From NCBI RefSeq assembly GCF_963921235.1, contig NC_086108.1, positions 28,770,001 to 28,834,000 on the forward strand: 64,000 bases of DNA, read 5' to 3'. Positions 26,791-39,234 of this stretch are shown here, one piece after another. The position numbers and the translations under genes were made by a program. Positions within the stretch are counted from its first letter, which is position 1; every line of letters begins with the position of its first letter. Source of the stretch: Mobula hypostoma (lineage: Eukaryota). The notes under the pieces were generated by a model. The model was given only the letters and a program-made list of their open reading frames with translations. It had not been told where the DNA came from and did not search any database.

Positions 26791-29297
26791 TGGTCTCATT
26801 ACTACACCACGAGGTGATCATCCCAACGGCGGAGCAGGCGGAAGAGGAGACATCTCCCAACGGCTGCAAAGGCGGATGAGGATGTCCAACAATGGGTAGG
26901 GAGGCTTGCGAGCACGCCGCAAGAACCGCCGTAGACCCACAACACTCAGGGCTTGTCTACCTAGCGTGTGAAGCCTGGATTCGGCAGACTGCGCGGAAGA
27001 AACCATCACTGGTTCAATGGGCAGAAAGGCGATTCTCAGCAATGTGTCGTGGAGCGCTAAGAGGGCACAGTGAGACACACAGAACACTGCTGGCCATCCA
27101 CTGCATCCTGACCTATCTCCAGCCGTCTCGACTATGTCTTGCCACTGGGTCCAGATAGGCCGGAACGAGAGAGTGAGGCTGATGACCTGCGCAACTCTCC
27201 CTCACTTTAATCCAAGTCAAGCGCAAGTCATGACTTCAAACCCAACGCGCAACCTAAAGTCCTGTGGTGATGGGGGAGTGGCAAAGCAGCAGGTACGGAT
27301 ACACTGGAAGCTGTAGTCACAAACCTGCACACAGGCGGCCCAGGGCGTAGGGTCGCTCTCTACTGGACCGAAGCAGCAGTTGAGTTCGGCAGCCCCCTGG
27401 GTGTCTGAGCAGCCCTCTTCAGGGTCGCTCTGCTCACCTCCATGGAGGAAGGGGCTGGAAAAGGTGCCTCAAACATAGTCTGCTTCACCTCACCCTGGCC
27501 AGCTTACCGCGGCTGGTGGGGATCCCTCATTGCGGTCGACCTACAACAGTTAAGAAGAAAGTGATGGTGCTCAACCTTGGCACATGGAACGTGAGAACTC
27601 TGCGAGATAACATCAAGGCAGACAGACCAGAGAGAAGAACTGCACTGGTTGCAAAAGAGCTAGCTCGCTACAACGTGGACATAGCAGCTCCCAGCGAAAC
27701 ACCCCCAGCAGACAAGGGCCGGCTGACAGAACGTAGTGGTAGATACACGTTCTTCTGGAGCAGTCGCAGTAGCGCTGAACGACGAGAAGCAGGCGTGAGA
27801 TTTGCCATCAATTCTAACCTTGCCCGTAAACTCACCAAGCACCCAGAGAGCATCAATGACCGCCTGATGACACTTCAGCTCCCACCTGCAAACAAGAAGA
27901 GTGCTACGCTGATTAGTGCCTATGCTCCCACCATGACCAACCCGGATGACATTAAAGACAAGTTCTATGAAGAACTCAACGCCCTCATCTCAGCAATCCC
28001 ACAGTCAGAGAAGCTCATCGTTCTCAGGGACTTCAATGCCAGAGTAGGGACAGACTACCAAACCTGGATGACGGCGACGAGTCGGAGGCCTTCCCAGTGA
28101 CAAATGGCGTCAAACAAGGCTGCGTTCTTGCCCCGACTCTGTTCAGTATGGTATTCTCTGCCATGCTGACAGATGCCTTCTGTAACTACGAAGAAAGAAT
28201 CCACGTCAGGTACAGGACTGACGGCAGGTTGTTCAACCTTAGGCGCCTGCAGGCAGTTACAAAGGTGCGAGAGACTGTCATCAGAGACTTGTTGTTTGCT
28301 GATGACTGCGCACTCAACGCCAGCACAGAGCAGGAGATGCAGTGTGAAATGGACTGCTTCTCACAAGCCTGCGACAACTTTGGTCTCACTATCAGCACTA
28401 AAAAGACCGAAGTTATGTACCCGCCTGCCGCAGGAAAGCCATACCAGGAGCCGCGCATCACGGTGAAGGGCCAGAACCTCCAGGTAGTGGATAACTTCAC
28501 CTACCTGGGCAGCATACTCTCTCGCACAGTGAACATAGATGCTGAGGTCAACAACAGGATTGCCAAAGCCAGCGCCGCCTTTGGGAGACTCCGTGAGAAC
28601 GTCTGGGAGCAGAGAGGACTCAGCTTTACCACCAAGCTGAAGGTCTACTGTGCAGTGGTCCTTACCACCCTCCTTTACGCCAGCGAGACCTGGACTGTCT
28701 GCAGCAGACACGCCAAATAGCTCAACCACTTTCACCTGAGCTGTCTCCGCAGACTCCTCCACATCAGGTGGCAGGACAAAGTCCCCGACACGGAAATCCT
28801 GGAACGAGCTGGGCTCTGCAGCGTCTACACCCTCCTGCTGAAAGCCCAAGCCAGGTGGGCTGGACATGTAGTCAGAATGCCAGACAGCCGATTGCCTAAG
28901 CAGCCGCTGTACGGAGAACTGTATCAGGGCAAGCGCTCAGTCGGGGGGGCAGAAGAAACGTTACAAAGACTGCTTCAAAGCATCCCTCAAAGGCCTCGGT
29001 GTCGACATCAACACGTGGGAGACGCTTGCCCTCGACCGTCCAGCTTCGCGCAGCAAGATCACCACAGGAGCCCATGCAGCTGAAGTCAGGCGCATCATCG
29101 AGGCGCAACGAAAGCATGCTGTGCGCAAGGCCCGAGCAGCATCCCCTGCCACGACAGCACCCACCCACTTGTGTCCCACATGTGCGCGAGCCATCAGGGC
29201 CCGGATTGGCCTCATCAGTCACCTCCGGACCCACAGCCACCAATCTCCCATTTGACTTTGAAGCCATGGTCATCTTTGACTACGAAGGACGAACAAC
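26621..29297 (+). mobile_element. RTE (BovB-like) LINE with long 5' region and internal deletion
   Basis: APE GTWNVRTL..SET..ISAYAPT..DFNARVG; RT GVKQGCVLAPTLFS..LLFADD..YLGS; C-terminal CPTCARAIRARIGLISHLRTH; aacaac tail; APE joined directly to mid-RT at ~28066-28070. Confidence 0.9.
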
Positions 29298-30072
29298 ATG
29301 GTCCATCCATCACCTAATGACCCTCAATGCACCACTCCCCTTCTCTTCTTTATACTGGCAATCTTCCAACTCCACTCCCAGTTTGAGTGCAGGGTCTCAA
29401 CTCTAGATGTTGGCAATTCCTCCCAAACCTCTGCCCACCCCTCCCAAAACACACACAAAGTTTGTTTGACCCATAGAGTTGCTCCACCAGATAGGTTCAA
29501 AAGTACACATCCCTGATTCCTCAGCCCTGCTATAAAAACTGTAAATCCTTCACATTTCCCCCATTTCTGAGGAAGGGTAACTGATGTGAAATATTAGCTA
29601 GCTTCCAATTCTACAGGTGTTGTTTGAGTTCCTGAAGTATTTTTATCTCATAAAAGGCCATGTGGGTTCAATGATTATGTGGTTCCTTCCTGTGCTGTAG
29701 ACTGAATCCAGAGGAACTGAGATCTCAGCTATCGAACCCAAACCAACTGAACTGAAATTTAAAAAAAACTGTTCCTTTATTTCAATGAAACACAAAGGCA
29801 GAAACAAGGCAACTTCTAGTGTTAGAAGAAGATTTGGTGGAAAGCAATTTATGGATGCAAGCATTCCATTCCTCATTTTAAAAAAAAAGCATTATCTCCA
29901 CACTGGAAAAAAAAGCACTTTGTAGGATCTAAGGCATAAAGAAAATCAGATACATTCTGTTCCTACACAAAGCCATATATCACACGAAAAGACTGCTCCT
30001 CTCCTACTGCTAATCTAGACTGAAGTATTCATCAGATGCAGCACTACGCAAAGTTCCAGCACAAGAGTCAGT

Positions 30073-30897
30073 TGTGCCGAGAGTACACATAGATTAAGAC
30101 GTTAGCTGTCCTGTGCTGGCACCAGTGGGATCAGCAGTTGGTCTGCCACCTGTCTTCAGGAGGAAGAGAGATAAGGAAAACAACGGAGCAGCATTTGGAG
30201 ATGTTAATGAAGGGACGGGAGAGTTTAACGGAAGGAGAGCTGTCAAGATTGGCCCCCCCTTTGAACCCTGAACTGTTTGAAGTGATGGACAGGCGATACC
30301 CCAGCAGGGGGATAAAAAGGGACAGGTTCGCTAAGGCAAGACACACACGACACCAAGCCATAGACGCACAGGGTGGAAAGGTACGATTGGCGGGAACCTG
30401 GTGTGTGTCCGCCCTTGCCTAGGTGCCAGGTTCACCGCAGAGAAACAATCGTATCTGGAAACGGAGGGGTCACGGTCGGTGACCTCAGAAGACATCACAA
30501 AGGGCTCGCCCGAAAGCTGACTGCGAAGAATATCGAAGGTCTGTGTGGAAGCCGTTTGAATATTCATTCGTTTTTGCTCTCTCTCTCCTTCCCCCCACTG
30601 TCCATCGCCACGGCAGTGATTACTGTGAACGGAACTGAACTCAATTGAACTGAACTTTGCGTCACTTTGAAACTGGTCAGTTACCCCTAGACGACGATAG
30701 AGCTTGATTGATCCTGTTATCCTAATTCTGGGTACATGTGTGTTTATCATTGCTGAACTGTTGCATTTATTATCCTTTTGATTAGAGTACTGTGTTGCTT
30801 GTTTCTTTAATAAAACTCTCTTAGTTCTAGTAATCCAGACTCCAACTGAGTGATCCATTTCTGCTGGTTTGGCAACCCAGTTATGGGGTACGTAACA
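30073..30897 (+). mobile_element. Solo LTR (825 bp)
   Basis: TG...CA termini (tgtgccg / cgtaaca); 4-bp TSD cagt at 30069-72 and 30898-901; aataaa at ~30809. Confidence 0.8.
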
Positions 30898-31567
30898 CAG
30901 TCTTCTCAATACGTGTTACAAATGAGTTACTGGGTATGAGAACCTGAACTCATTCTTCCCAATAAAAACCCAAATAGAGGCCAAGAGTAAAACTCCACAA
31001 ACCCTTCCAGTTAAATTTGGCCAAATTGTAGAAGCAAATCCATGATCCTATACTAAGAATTTTTTTTAAATCTAAAAAGCTGTTTGTTCAGTTTCCTTTA
31101 AATTAGTACTTACCTATGCTTCTAAATGCTAGAAATGTGAAAGAAAACTGCCAAAAAGGTTGCAGAGGTATGAACTGAATAAGAGGATACATCTTCAAAC
31201 GGGCAAGATTTGCCCTAATGAACCTGGTAGTTAATGGTGATAATGATTAAGGAATCATCTTGCACAACCATTCTATCTCCAGCTTGAGAAGGGTTGGGTG
31301 CAGAGGAATGCTGAAATCCAAACATGTTTATTTCAACAGTAATATGTTCACTAATTCCAAAAAGAAAACTTCCTCACTGAACATGTTTTATTCTAGGCTT
31401 CAATCTGACCTTTTGATTAAAAGACCAAAAAGCAAATCTTCTATAGCAGATTTGAAATTTTTGGGAAAATTAGTTTTAGTTATCAAATAGTGAAAATATC
31501 AATTCAATTTCTATATTCAACAAAAAAAATATAGCTTCAATTAAAAGATTGTCCTCTTACTCAAATA

Positions 31568-31721
31568 CAGGTCAACCTTCACTAATCCGGCACCATTGGG
31601 ACCTGAGGAGTGCTGGATTAGTGAAAATACCAAATTACAGAAGGATCACATTAAGCATAATCAGTGCCGGGTCATCGAAGGAACCGGATTACAGGTGGTC
31701 GGATTAGTGAAGGTCGACCTG
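31568..31721. mobile_element. 154-bp Tc1/Pogo-type MITE
   Basis: TIRs caggtcaaccttcactaatcc / ggattagtgaaggtcgacctg with TA TSD. Confidence 0.85.
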
Positions 31722-33032
31722 TATATGAATCAAGGCAAATTGTTGATTCAACACTCTAGTGAAGGACTGTAACTCCATTTTCACAAGAGACAAGACTCAA
31801 TGGTCTGTCCCATTTCACAACCAACTTGCAATTCTGTACTTCAGTGAAGTAGAGCCAAAATCCGGGGCACAGGAATGGCAAAGTTCCAAAGGCAATTGTG
31901 CATAGATAATAATTGCCTGCCTTATTGATAATACCCATATCCCGAGCAGGGTCTTCTTAAGATGATGAAAATCACTTCCACATTGGCTCTAAAGCCAGTC
32001 TTAGATGAACAATTTTACAACGTTAAAGGTCCAGTGCCAGTTACTTCCACATCTCTAGGTGGCACAGATGTATTACATCACTTTATTAATGTACAGAATA
32101 TTAAAGAAACAAGCCAGCAATCTAAAAAGTTACGACAGTTTCCCTGATGACAAGCAAAAACCTTGAAAGGAGATGTAAAACATCAAAAATGATTCATGCT
32201 GGATCCAGTCAGAAACAGAAATGCTTCAAGGGGTAGTTATTAAGATAAGAATTAGAATGCAACTCCAATTTCAAGGTTAACGGCCAGGACAAGGGAAGGG
32301 AAATAATCTCAACAAGTAGCATCAAGGCAGCATACAGGATTCATTTTTTGGCCCATTGCAGTGAGTTTGGGAAAAAGGAAAAGAAATGCATCAATGTTGC
32401 AGAGAGAAACATTTTGAAAGAAAATCAGCTGGGCGGAGAAAGTCTACACTACAGCATATTTTGATACAGATCAGGAATAATACAATGGTGAGAGCAAAAC
32501 CAAAATGTTTTGCTGAAATAAAATGCAATCCATTAACAGAGAAAAACCACCAGGCTTGCTAAATTTTGTAAATGTAATGTTCTGTGCAGTATCTCAAAAT
32601 TGATAGGGAAGCCCCCATTATAGCAAAGTCACTCAAACTAAATTGCAACTTAACACCATTCAGGACAATAATGAGTGCCCGAGTCTCCTTTACATTCAAC
32701 TGAGGAAATTCAAGGCTTTGTTTTTTTATGTGAATTTGTGTGGAATTATTTTCAACCATTCCTGATAGGCTGTCAAAATTGAGGTCATACACTTGATGCT
32801 CCTAGAATACAGTCATTAAATGAAAGACAAAATTACTGTATATTGAAGTAGCAGCTAAACAGAAAAAAGCACCTTGAATTAAATGACATGAATTAAGAAG
32901 TTTATCCCTTTATAATCAACTTTCAATTTCAGAATGATGCAACAGCACCAAAATACAATTGTCTTAGCATTAGATATTCTGTGAACTTTGAAACAACAAA
33001 GCCCATAAAATACAATAAAATATGCTACTTAC

Positions 33033-33109
33033 TTTGCTCTAGGTGCATGTGTTAGAACTGGTGCCTCTTTGCCAAGTTTAGCTTTTGTGTTTGACAATGC
33101 GCTTCTGTC
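33033..33109 (-). CDS. C1orf21: C1orf21-like coding exon (77 nt), DRSALSNTKAKLGKEAPVLTHAPRA(N)
   Basis: Acceptor tgtgtttcAG and donor GTaagt; resembles human EKSASSNVRLKTNKEVPGLVHQPRAN (recalled); terminal AA plus T of the next exon gives Asn. Confidence 0.85.
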
Positions 33110-34251
33110 CTGAAACACAAAATTCACACAATTAAAACCTGAGCATCCAACTTCTCAAAAACTATATCATCTTCACGTTGTATGCTGCCTTATTGACATT
33201 ATTCTGCTTCCTTCGTCCAGGCCACTTAACATTGACATTGGAGTTGCAATCTAATTCTTAGCTCCACAACTACCCCTTGCAGTATTTCTATTTCTGATTC
33301 GATCCAGGTTAGATCATTTTGAGGTGTTTTTCATCTCTTTTCAAGGTTTTCCTCTGGTGACACGATATACTTTTTCTTGGCATCAGGGAAACTGTCATAA
33401 CTACTTAGATTACCAGCTTGTTTCCTTCTTATTCTGTACATTAATAAAGTGGTGCAAAAAAATTGCATCATCTTCACAGTTTAAAACATTCACTTAATCC
33501 TAAAAATATGATCAGAATAACAACTATGTAAGATGAATCAGTACGATCATAAAGCTAGTATGGGTCACCTGATTGCATGCAAGTCAGTTAATATGATTGG
33601 TGAAGTGTAAGCAAGTGCATTTGTTTGAGTGCACATGTTTAAAAATAAGCAGAAACCTTGTTGCAAACACGAGGAAATCTGCAGATGCTGGAATTTCAAG
33701 CAACACACATAAAAGTTGCTGGTGAACGCAGCAGGCCAGGCAGCATCTATAGGAAGAGGTACAGTTGACGTTTCAGGCCAAGACTCTTCGTCAGGACTAA
33801 CTGAAAGAAGAGATAGTATGAGATTTGAAAGTGGGAGGGAGAGGGGGAGATCCAAAATGATAGGAGAAGTCAGAAGGGGGAGGGATGGAGCCAAGAGCTG
33901 GACAGTTGATTGGCAAAAGGGATATGAGAGGATCATAGGATGGGAGGTCTAGAGAGCAAGAAAGGGGGAAAAAAAATAAATAACGGATGGGGTACAAGGG
34001 GGAGGTGGGGCATTAACGGAAGTTGGAGAAGTCAATGTTCATGCCATCAGGTTGGAGGCTACCCAGACAGAATATAAGGTGTTGTTCCTCCAACCTGAGT
34101 GTGGCTTCATCTTGACAGTGCAGGAGGCCGTGGATAGACATATCAGAATGGGAATGGGACGTGGAATTAAAATGTGTGGCCACTAGCTCTTTCTCTAGCA
34201 CTTTCTCTGGCGGACAAAGCATAGGTCTTCAGCGAAACGGTCTTCCAGTCT

Positions 34252-34858
34252 AAGTATAAGAGCTGGAATGTTATGATGAGGTTGTATAAGGCATTGGTGA
34301 GGCCGAATCTGGAGTATTGTGTTCAGTTTTGGTCACCAAATTACAGGAAGGATATAAATAAGGTTGAAAGAGTGCAGAGAAGGTTTACAAGGATGTTGCC
34401 AGGACTTGAGAAACTCAGTTAGAGAGAAAGGTTGAATAGGTTAGGACTTTATTCCCTGGAGCGTAGAAGAATGAGGGGAGATTTGATAGAGGTATATAAA
34501 ATTATGATGGGTATAGATAGAGTGAATGCAAGTAGGCTTTTTCCACTGAGGCAAGGGGAGAAAAAAACCAGAGGACATGGGTTAAGGGTGAGGGGGGAGA
34601 AGTTTAAAGGGAACATTAGGGGGGGCTTCTTCACACAGAGAGTGGTGGGAGTATGGAATGAGCTGCCAGATGAGGTGGTAAGTGCGGGTTCTTTTTTAAC
34701 ATTTAAGAATAAATTGGACAGATACATGGATGGGAAGTGTATGGAGGGATATGGTCCATGTGCAGGTCAGTGGGACTACGCAGAAAATGGTTCGGCACAG
34801 CCAAGAAGGGCCAAAAGGCCTGTTTCTGTACTGTAGTTTCTATGGTTCTATGGTTCTA
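34252..34858 (+). mobile_element. CR1 3' fragment nested in Penelope
   Basis: LGLYSLERRRMRGDLIEVYKIM..FFTQRVVGVWNELP; ttctatgg tandem tail; Penelope sequence resumes at 34859. Confidence 0.9.
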
Positions 34859-35512
34859 CGTCGGGTCTCACCAATATATAGAAGGCCGCATCTGGAGCAC
34901 CGGACGACCCCAGCTGACTCACGGGTGAAGTGTCGCCTCACCTGGAAGGACTGTCTGGGGCCCTGAATGGTAGTGAGGGAGGAAGCGTAAGGGCATGTAT
35001 AGCACTTGTTCCGCTTACAAGGATAAGTGCCCGGAGAGAGATCAGTGGGGAGGGATGGGGGGGACGAATGGACAAGAGAGTCACGTAGGGAGCGATCCCT
35101 GCGGAAAGCGGGGTGGGGGGGAGGGAAAGATGTGCTTAGTGGTGGAATCCCGTTGGAGGTGGCGGAAGTTATGGAGAATTATATGTTGGACCTGGAGGCT
35201 GGTGGGGTGGTAGGTGAGGACAAGGGGAACCCTATTCCTAGTGGGGTGGCGGGAGGATAGGGTGAAACCAGATGTGCATAAAATGGGAGAGATATGTTTG
35301 ACAGCAGAGTTGATGGTAGAGGAAGGGAAGCCCCTTTCTTTAAAAAAGGAAGACATCTCCTTCGTCCTGCCTCCCGTCCTATGATCCTCTCATATACCTT
35401 TTGCCAATCAACTGTCCAGCTCTTGGCTCCATCCCTCCCCCCACCCCCATCTTCTCCTATCATTTTGGATCTCCCCCTCCCACTCAAATCTCTTACTATT
35501 TCTTCTTTCAGT

Positions 35513-35550
35513 TAGTCCTGATGAAGGGTCTCGGCCTGAAACGTCGACTG
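35513..35550 (+). ncRNA. Minimal type I hammerhead ribozyme motif
   Basis: agtc-CTGATGA-agggtctcggcct-GAAAC-GTC-gact; predicted cut after 35545. Confidence 0.75.
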
Positions 35551-35948
35551 TACCTCCTCCTAGAGAAACCTTGTTGCACTTGCTCTAAAGTCAGAAATTA
35601 GATCTATTAGAGCCAAGTACACACATGAAACTGGCCCAAGAACAAAAATATAAGTTTGAAAAACTAAAACCAAAAGAGAGTTCTTATATCCATCCATAGG
35701 ACACCCTTCCACACCCTAATGACATTCCACAGTGCTTTACAACCATATACAGTGAAGTTCTGTGCAGAAGAAAATATAATGTCAACACAATCCCATAAAC
35801 AGCACACAATAGTTACAAAGCAAATGATAGCCAGGACGATAAGAAGAGCTCAAACAACAGGAATTCTGCAGATGCTGGAAATTCAAGCAACATACATCAA
35901 AGTTGCTGGTGAACGCAGCAGGCCAAGCAGCATCTATAGGAAGAGGCG

Positions 35949-35986
35949 CAGTCGACGTTTCAGGCCGAGACCCTTCGTCAGGACTA
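35949..35986 (-). ncRNA. Minimal type I hammerhead ribozyme motif
   Basis: Reverse complement reads tagtc-CTGACGA-agggtctcggcct-GAAAC-GTC-gactg. Confidence 0.75.
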
Positions 35987-38641
35987 ACTGAAGGAAGAGT
36001 GAGTAAGGGATTTGAAAGCTGGAGGGGGAGGGGGAGATGCAAAATGATAGGAGAAGACAGGAGGGGGAGGGATAGAGCTGAGAGCTGGACAGGTGATTGG
36101 CAAAAGGGGATACGAGAGGATCATGGGACAGGAGGTCCGGGAAGAAAGACGGGGGGGGGTGACCCAGAGGATGGGCAAGAGGTATATACAGAGGGACAGA
36201 GGGAGAAAAAGGAGAGCGAGAGAAAGAATGTGTGCATAAAAATGAGTAACAGATGGGGAACGAGGGGGAGGTGGGGCCTTCGCGGAAGTTAGAGAAGTCG
36301 ATGTTCATGCCATCAGGTTGGAGGCTACCCAGACGGAATATAAGGTGTTGTTCCTCCAACCTGAGTGTGGCTTCATCTTTACAGTAGAGGAGGCCATGGA
36401 TAGACATGTCAGAATGGGAATGGGATGTGGAATTAAAATGTGTGGCCACTGGGAGATCCTGCTTTCTCTGGCGGACAGAGCGTAGATGTTCAGCAAGTCC
36501 CCATTCCAACCTCACTCCTTCAGAACGCTCTGCTCTCCACTCCCTCCGCACTAATCCTAACCTTATTATTAAACCCGCTGATAAGGGGGGTGCTGTTGTA
36601 GTCTAGTGTACTGACCTCTACCTTGCCGAGGCACAGCAACAACTCGCGGATACCTCCTCTTATTTACCCCTCGATCGTGACCCCACTAAGGAGCACCAGG
36701 CCATTGTCTCCCACACTATCACCGACCTTATCCGCTCAGAGGATCTCCCATCCACTGCTACCAACCTTATAGTTCCCACACCCCGCACTTCCCGTTTCTA
36801 CCTCCTACCCAAGATCCACAAACCTGCCTGTCCTGGCCGACCTATTGTCTCAGCTTGCTCCTGCCCCACCGAACTCGTTTCTGCATACCTCGACACTGTT
36901 TTATCACCCCTAGTTCAATCCCTTCCGACCTACGTTCGTGACACTTCTCACGCTCTTAAACTTTTCAATGATTTTAAGTTCCCTGGCCCCCACCGCTTTA
37001 TTTTCACCATGGATGTCCAGTCCTTATATACTTCCATCCCCCATCAGGAAGGTCTCAAAGCTCTACGCTTCTTTTTGGATTCCAGACCTAATCAGTTCCC
37101 GTCTACCACCACTCTGCTCCATCTAGCGGAATTAGTCCTTACTCTTACTAATTTCTCCTTTTGCTCCTCCCATTTCCTCCAAACTAAAGGTGTAGCTATG
37201 GGCACCCGTATGGGTCCCAGCTATGCCCGCCTTTTTGTTGGGTTTGTGGAACAATCTATGTTCCGTGCCTATTCTGGTATCTGTCCCCCACTTTTCCTTC
37301 GCTACATCGACGACTGCATTGGCGCTGCTTCCTGCACGCATGCAGAACTCGTTGACTTTATTAACTTTGCCTCCAACTTTCACCCTGCCCTCAAGTTTAC
37401 CTGGTCCATTTCCGACACCTCCCTCCCCTTTCATGATCTTTCTGTCTCTATCTCTGGAGACAGCTTATCCACTGATGTCTACTATAAGCCTAACTATTCC
37501 TCTTCTCACCCTGTCTCCTGCAAAAACGCCATCCTCTTCTCGCAATTCCTCCGTCTCCGCCGCATCTACTCTCAGGATGAGGCTTTTCATTCTAGGACGA
37601 GGGAGATGTCTTCATTTTTTAAAGAAAGGGGCTTCCCTTCCTCCACTATCAACTCTGCTCTTAAATGCATCTCCCCCATTTCACGTACATCTGCTCTCAC
37701 TCCATCCTCCCACCACCCCACTAGGAATAGGGTTCCCCTGGTCCTCACCTACCACCCCACCAGCCTCCGGGTCCAACATATTATTCTCCGTAACTTCCGC
37801 CACCTCCAACGGGATCCCACCACTAAGCACATCTTTCCCTCCCTCCCCCCCCTGCATTCCGCAGGGATCGCTCCCTACACAACTCCCTTGTCCATTCGTC
37901 CCCCCCATCCCTCCCCACTGATCTCCCTCCTGGCACTTATCCGTGTAAGCGGAACAAGTGCTACACATGCCCTTACACTTCCTCCCTTACCGCCATTCAG
38001 GGCCCCAAACAGTCCTTCCAGGTGAGGCATCACTTCACCTGTGAGTCGACTGGGGTGATATACTGCGTCCGGTGCTCCCGATGTGGCCTTTTATATATTG
38101 GTGAGACCCGACACAGACTGGGAGACCGCTTTGCTGAACATCTACGCTCTGTCCGCCAGAGAAAGCAGGATCTCCCAGTGGCCACACATTTTAATTCCAC
38201 ATCCCATTCCCATTCTGACATGTCTATCCACGGCCTCCTCTACTGTAAAGATGAAGCCACACTCAGGTTGGAGGAACAACACCTTATATTCCGTCTGGGT
38301 AGCCTCCAACCTGATGGCATGAACATTGACTTCTCTAACTTCCGCTAAGGCCCCACCTCCCCCTCGTTCCCCATCTGTTACTCATTTTTATGCACACATT
38401 CTTTCTCTCACTCTCCTTTTTCTCCCTCTGTCCCTCCGTATATACCTCTTGCCCATCCTCTGGGTCACCCCCCCCCTTGTCTTTCTCCCGGACCTCCTGT
38501 CCCATGATCCTCTCGTATCCCCTTTTGCCTATCACCTGTCCAGCTCTCAGCTCTATCCCTCCCCCTCCTGTCTTCTCCTATCATTTTGCATCTCCCCCTC
38601 CCCCTCCAGCTTTCAAATCCCTTACTCACTCTTCCTTCAGT

Positions 38642-38679
38642 TAGTCCTGACGAAGGGTCTCGGCCTGAAACGTCGACTG
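38642..38679 (+). ncRNA. Minimal type I hammerhead ribozyme motif
   Basis: tagtc-CTGACGA-agggtctcggcct-GAAAC-GTC-gactg; predicted cut after 38674. Confidence 0.75.
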
Positions 38680-39234
38680 CGCCTCTTCCTATAGATGCTG
38701 CTTGGCCTGCTGCGTTCACCAGTAACTTTGATGTATGTTGATAAGAAGAGCTCCCCTGTTTTTTTGGCAAACAATGTCATAAGCTCTATTTCTCCCAGTC
38801 GAAAGGGCTATCAAGGCTTCTGTTTAACACCTTAACCAAGAGTTGCTCTGGTTTCCTCCCACATCACAGTTGCCAGGACTCTCAGTATGGTTTAGGTAGG
38901 TTAACTGGTCACAGTGTATAGCGTCTGGCATTGGTGAGTGGTTGAAATTGTGGGGAGATAAAGAAGTAGAGATGGGTAAGAATATATAAAAGGGAAAAAT
39001 TAGTGGGGGTATGAAATTACTCTATAAACTTCAATAGAGTCAATGAGCGAAATGGCCTCCTATGTCACAAGGAAATATGACAACTGGACAGTGGAGTATT
39101 CCCTCCGTAAGGATACTGGAATTGGAAGCACCAACCTTAGTCAATTCTTTCAATAAGACTTGAACCCACAAATCTTCTGAGTCTGAGGCAACAGTTATAC
39201 CCATGCAGATAATGTCAAATTAGGATGAATTTCC

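Larger units (their letters stand above)
33666..35563 (-). mobile_element. Penelope-like element with inverted 3' arm, containing a nested CR1
   Basis: Minus arm 33666-35368 (GIY-YIG end, tail); plus arm ~35369-35563; 15-bp TSD agaaaccttgttgca at 33651-65 and 35564-78. Confidence 0.9.
35852..38739 (+). mobile_element. Penelope-like element (RT + GIY-YIG), 5'-truncated, with inverted 3' arm
   Basis: KPADKG, DVQSLYT, GVAMGTRMGPSYA, RYIDD, VIYCVRCSRCGLLYIGET; left arm 35888-36496 is the reverse complement of 38131-38740; 14-bp TSD gataagaagagctc at 35838-51 and 38740-53; in-frame stop at ~36604 and frameshift near 37850. Confidence 0.93.

Noticed and set aside
29560..29600. Further hammerhead-like remnants (also ~16490, ~48050, ~50350)
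   Set aside because: Core nucleotides and helix I too decayed to call ribozymes
36497..38348. Intact autonomous Penelope ORF
   Set aside because: 5'-truncated, stop at ~36604, small deletion near 37490 and frameshift before the GIY-YIG domain
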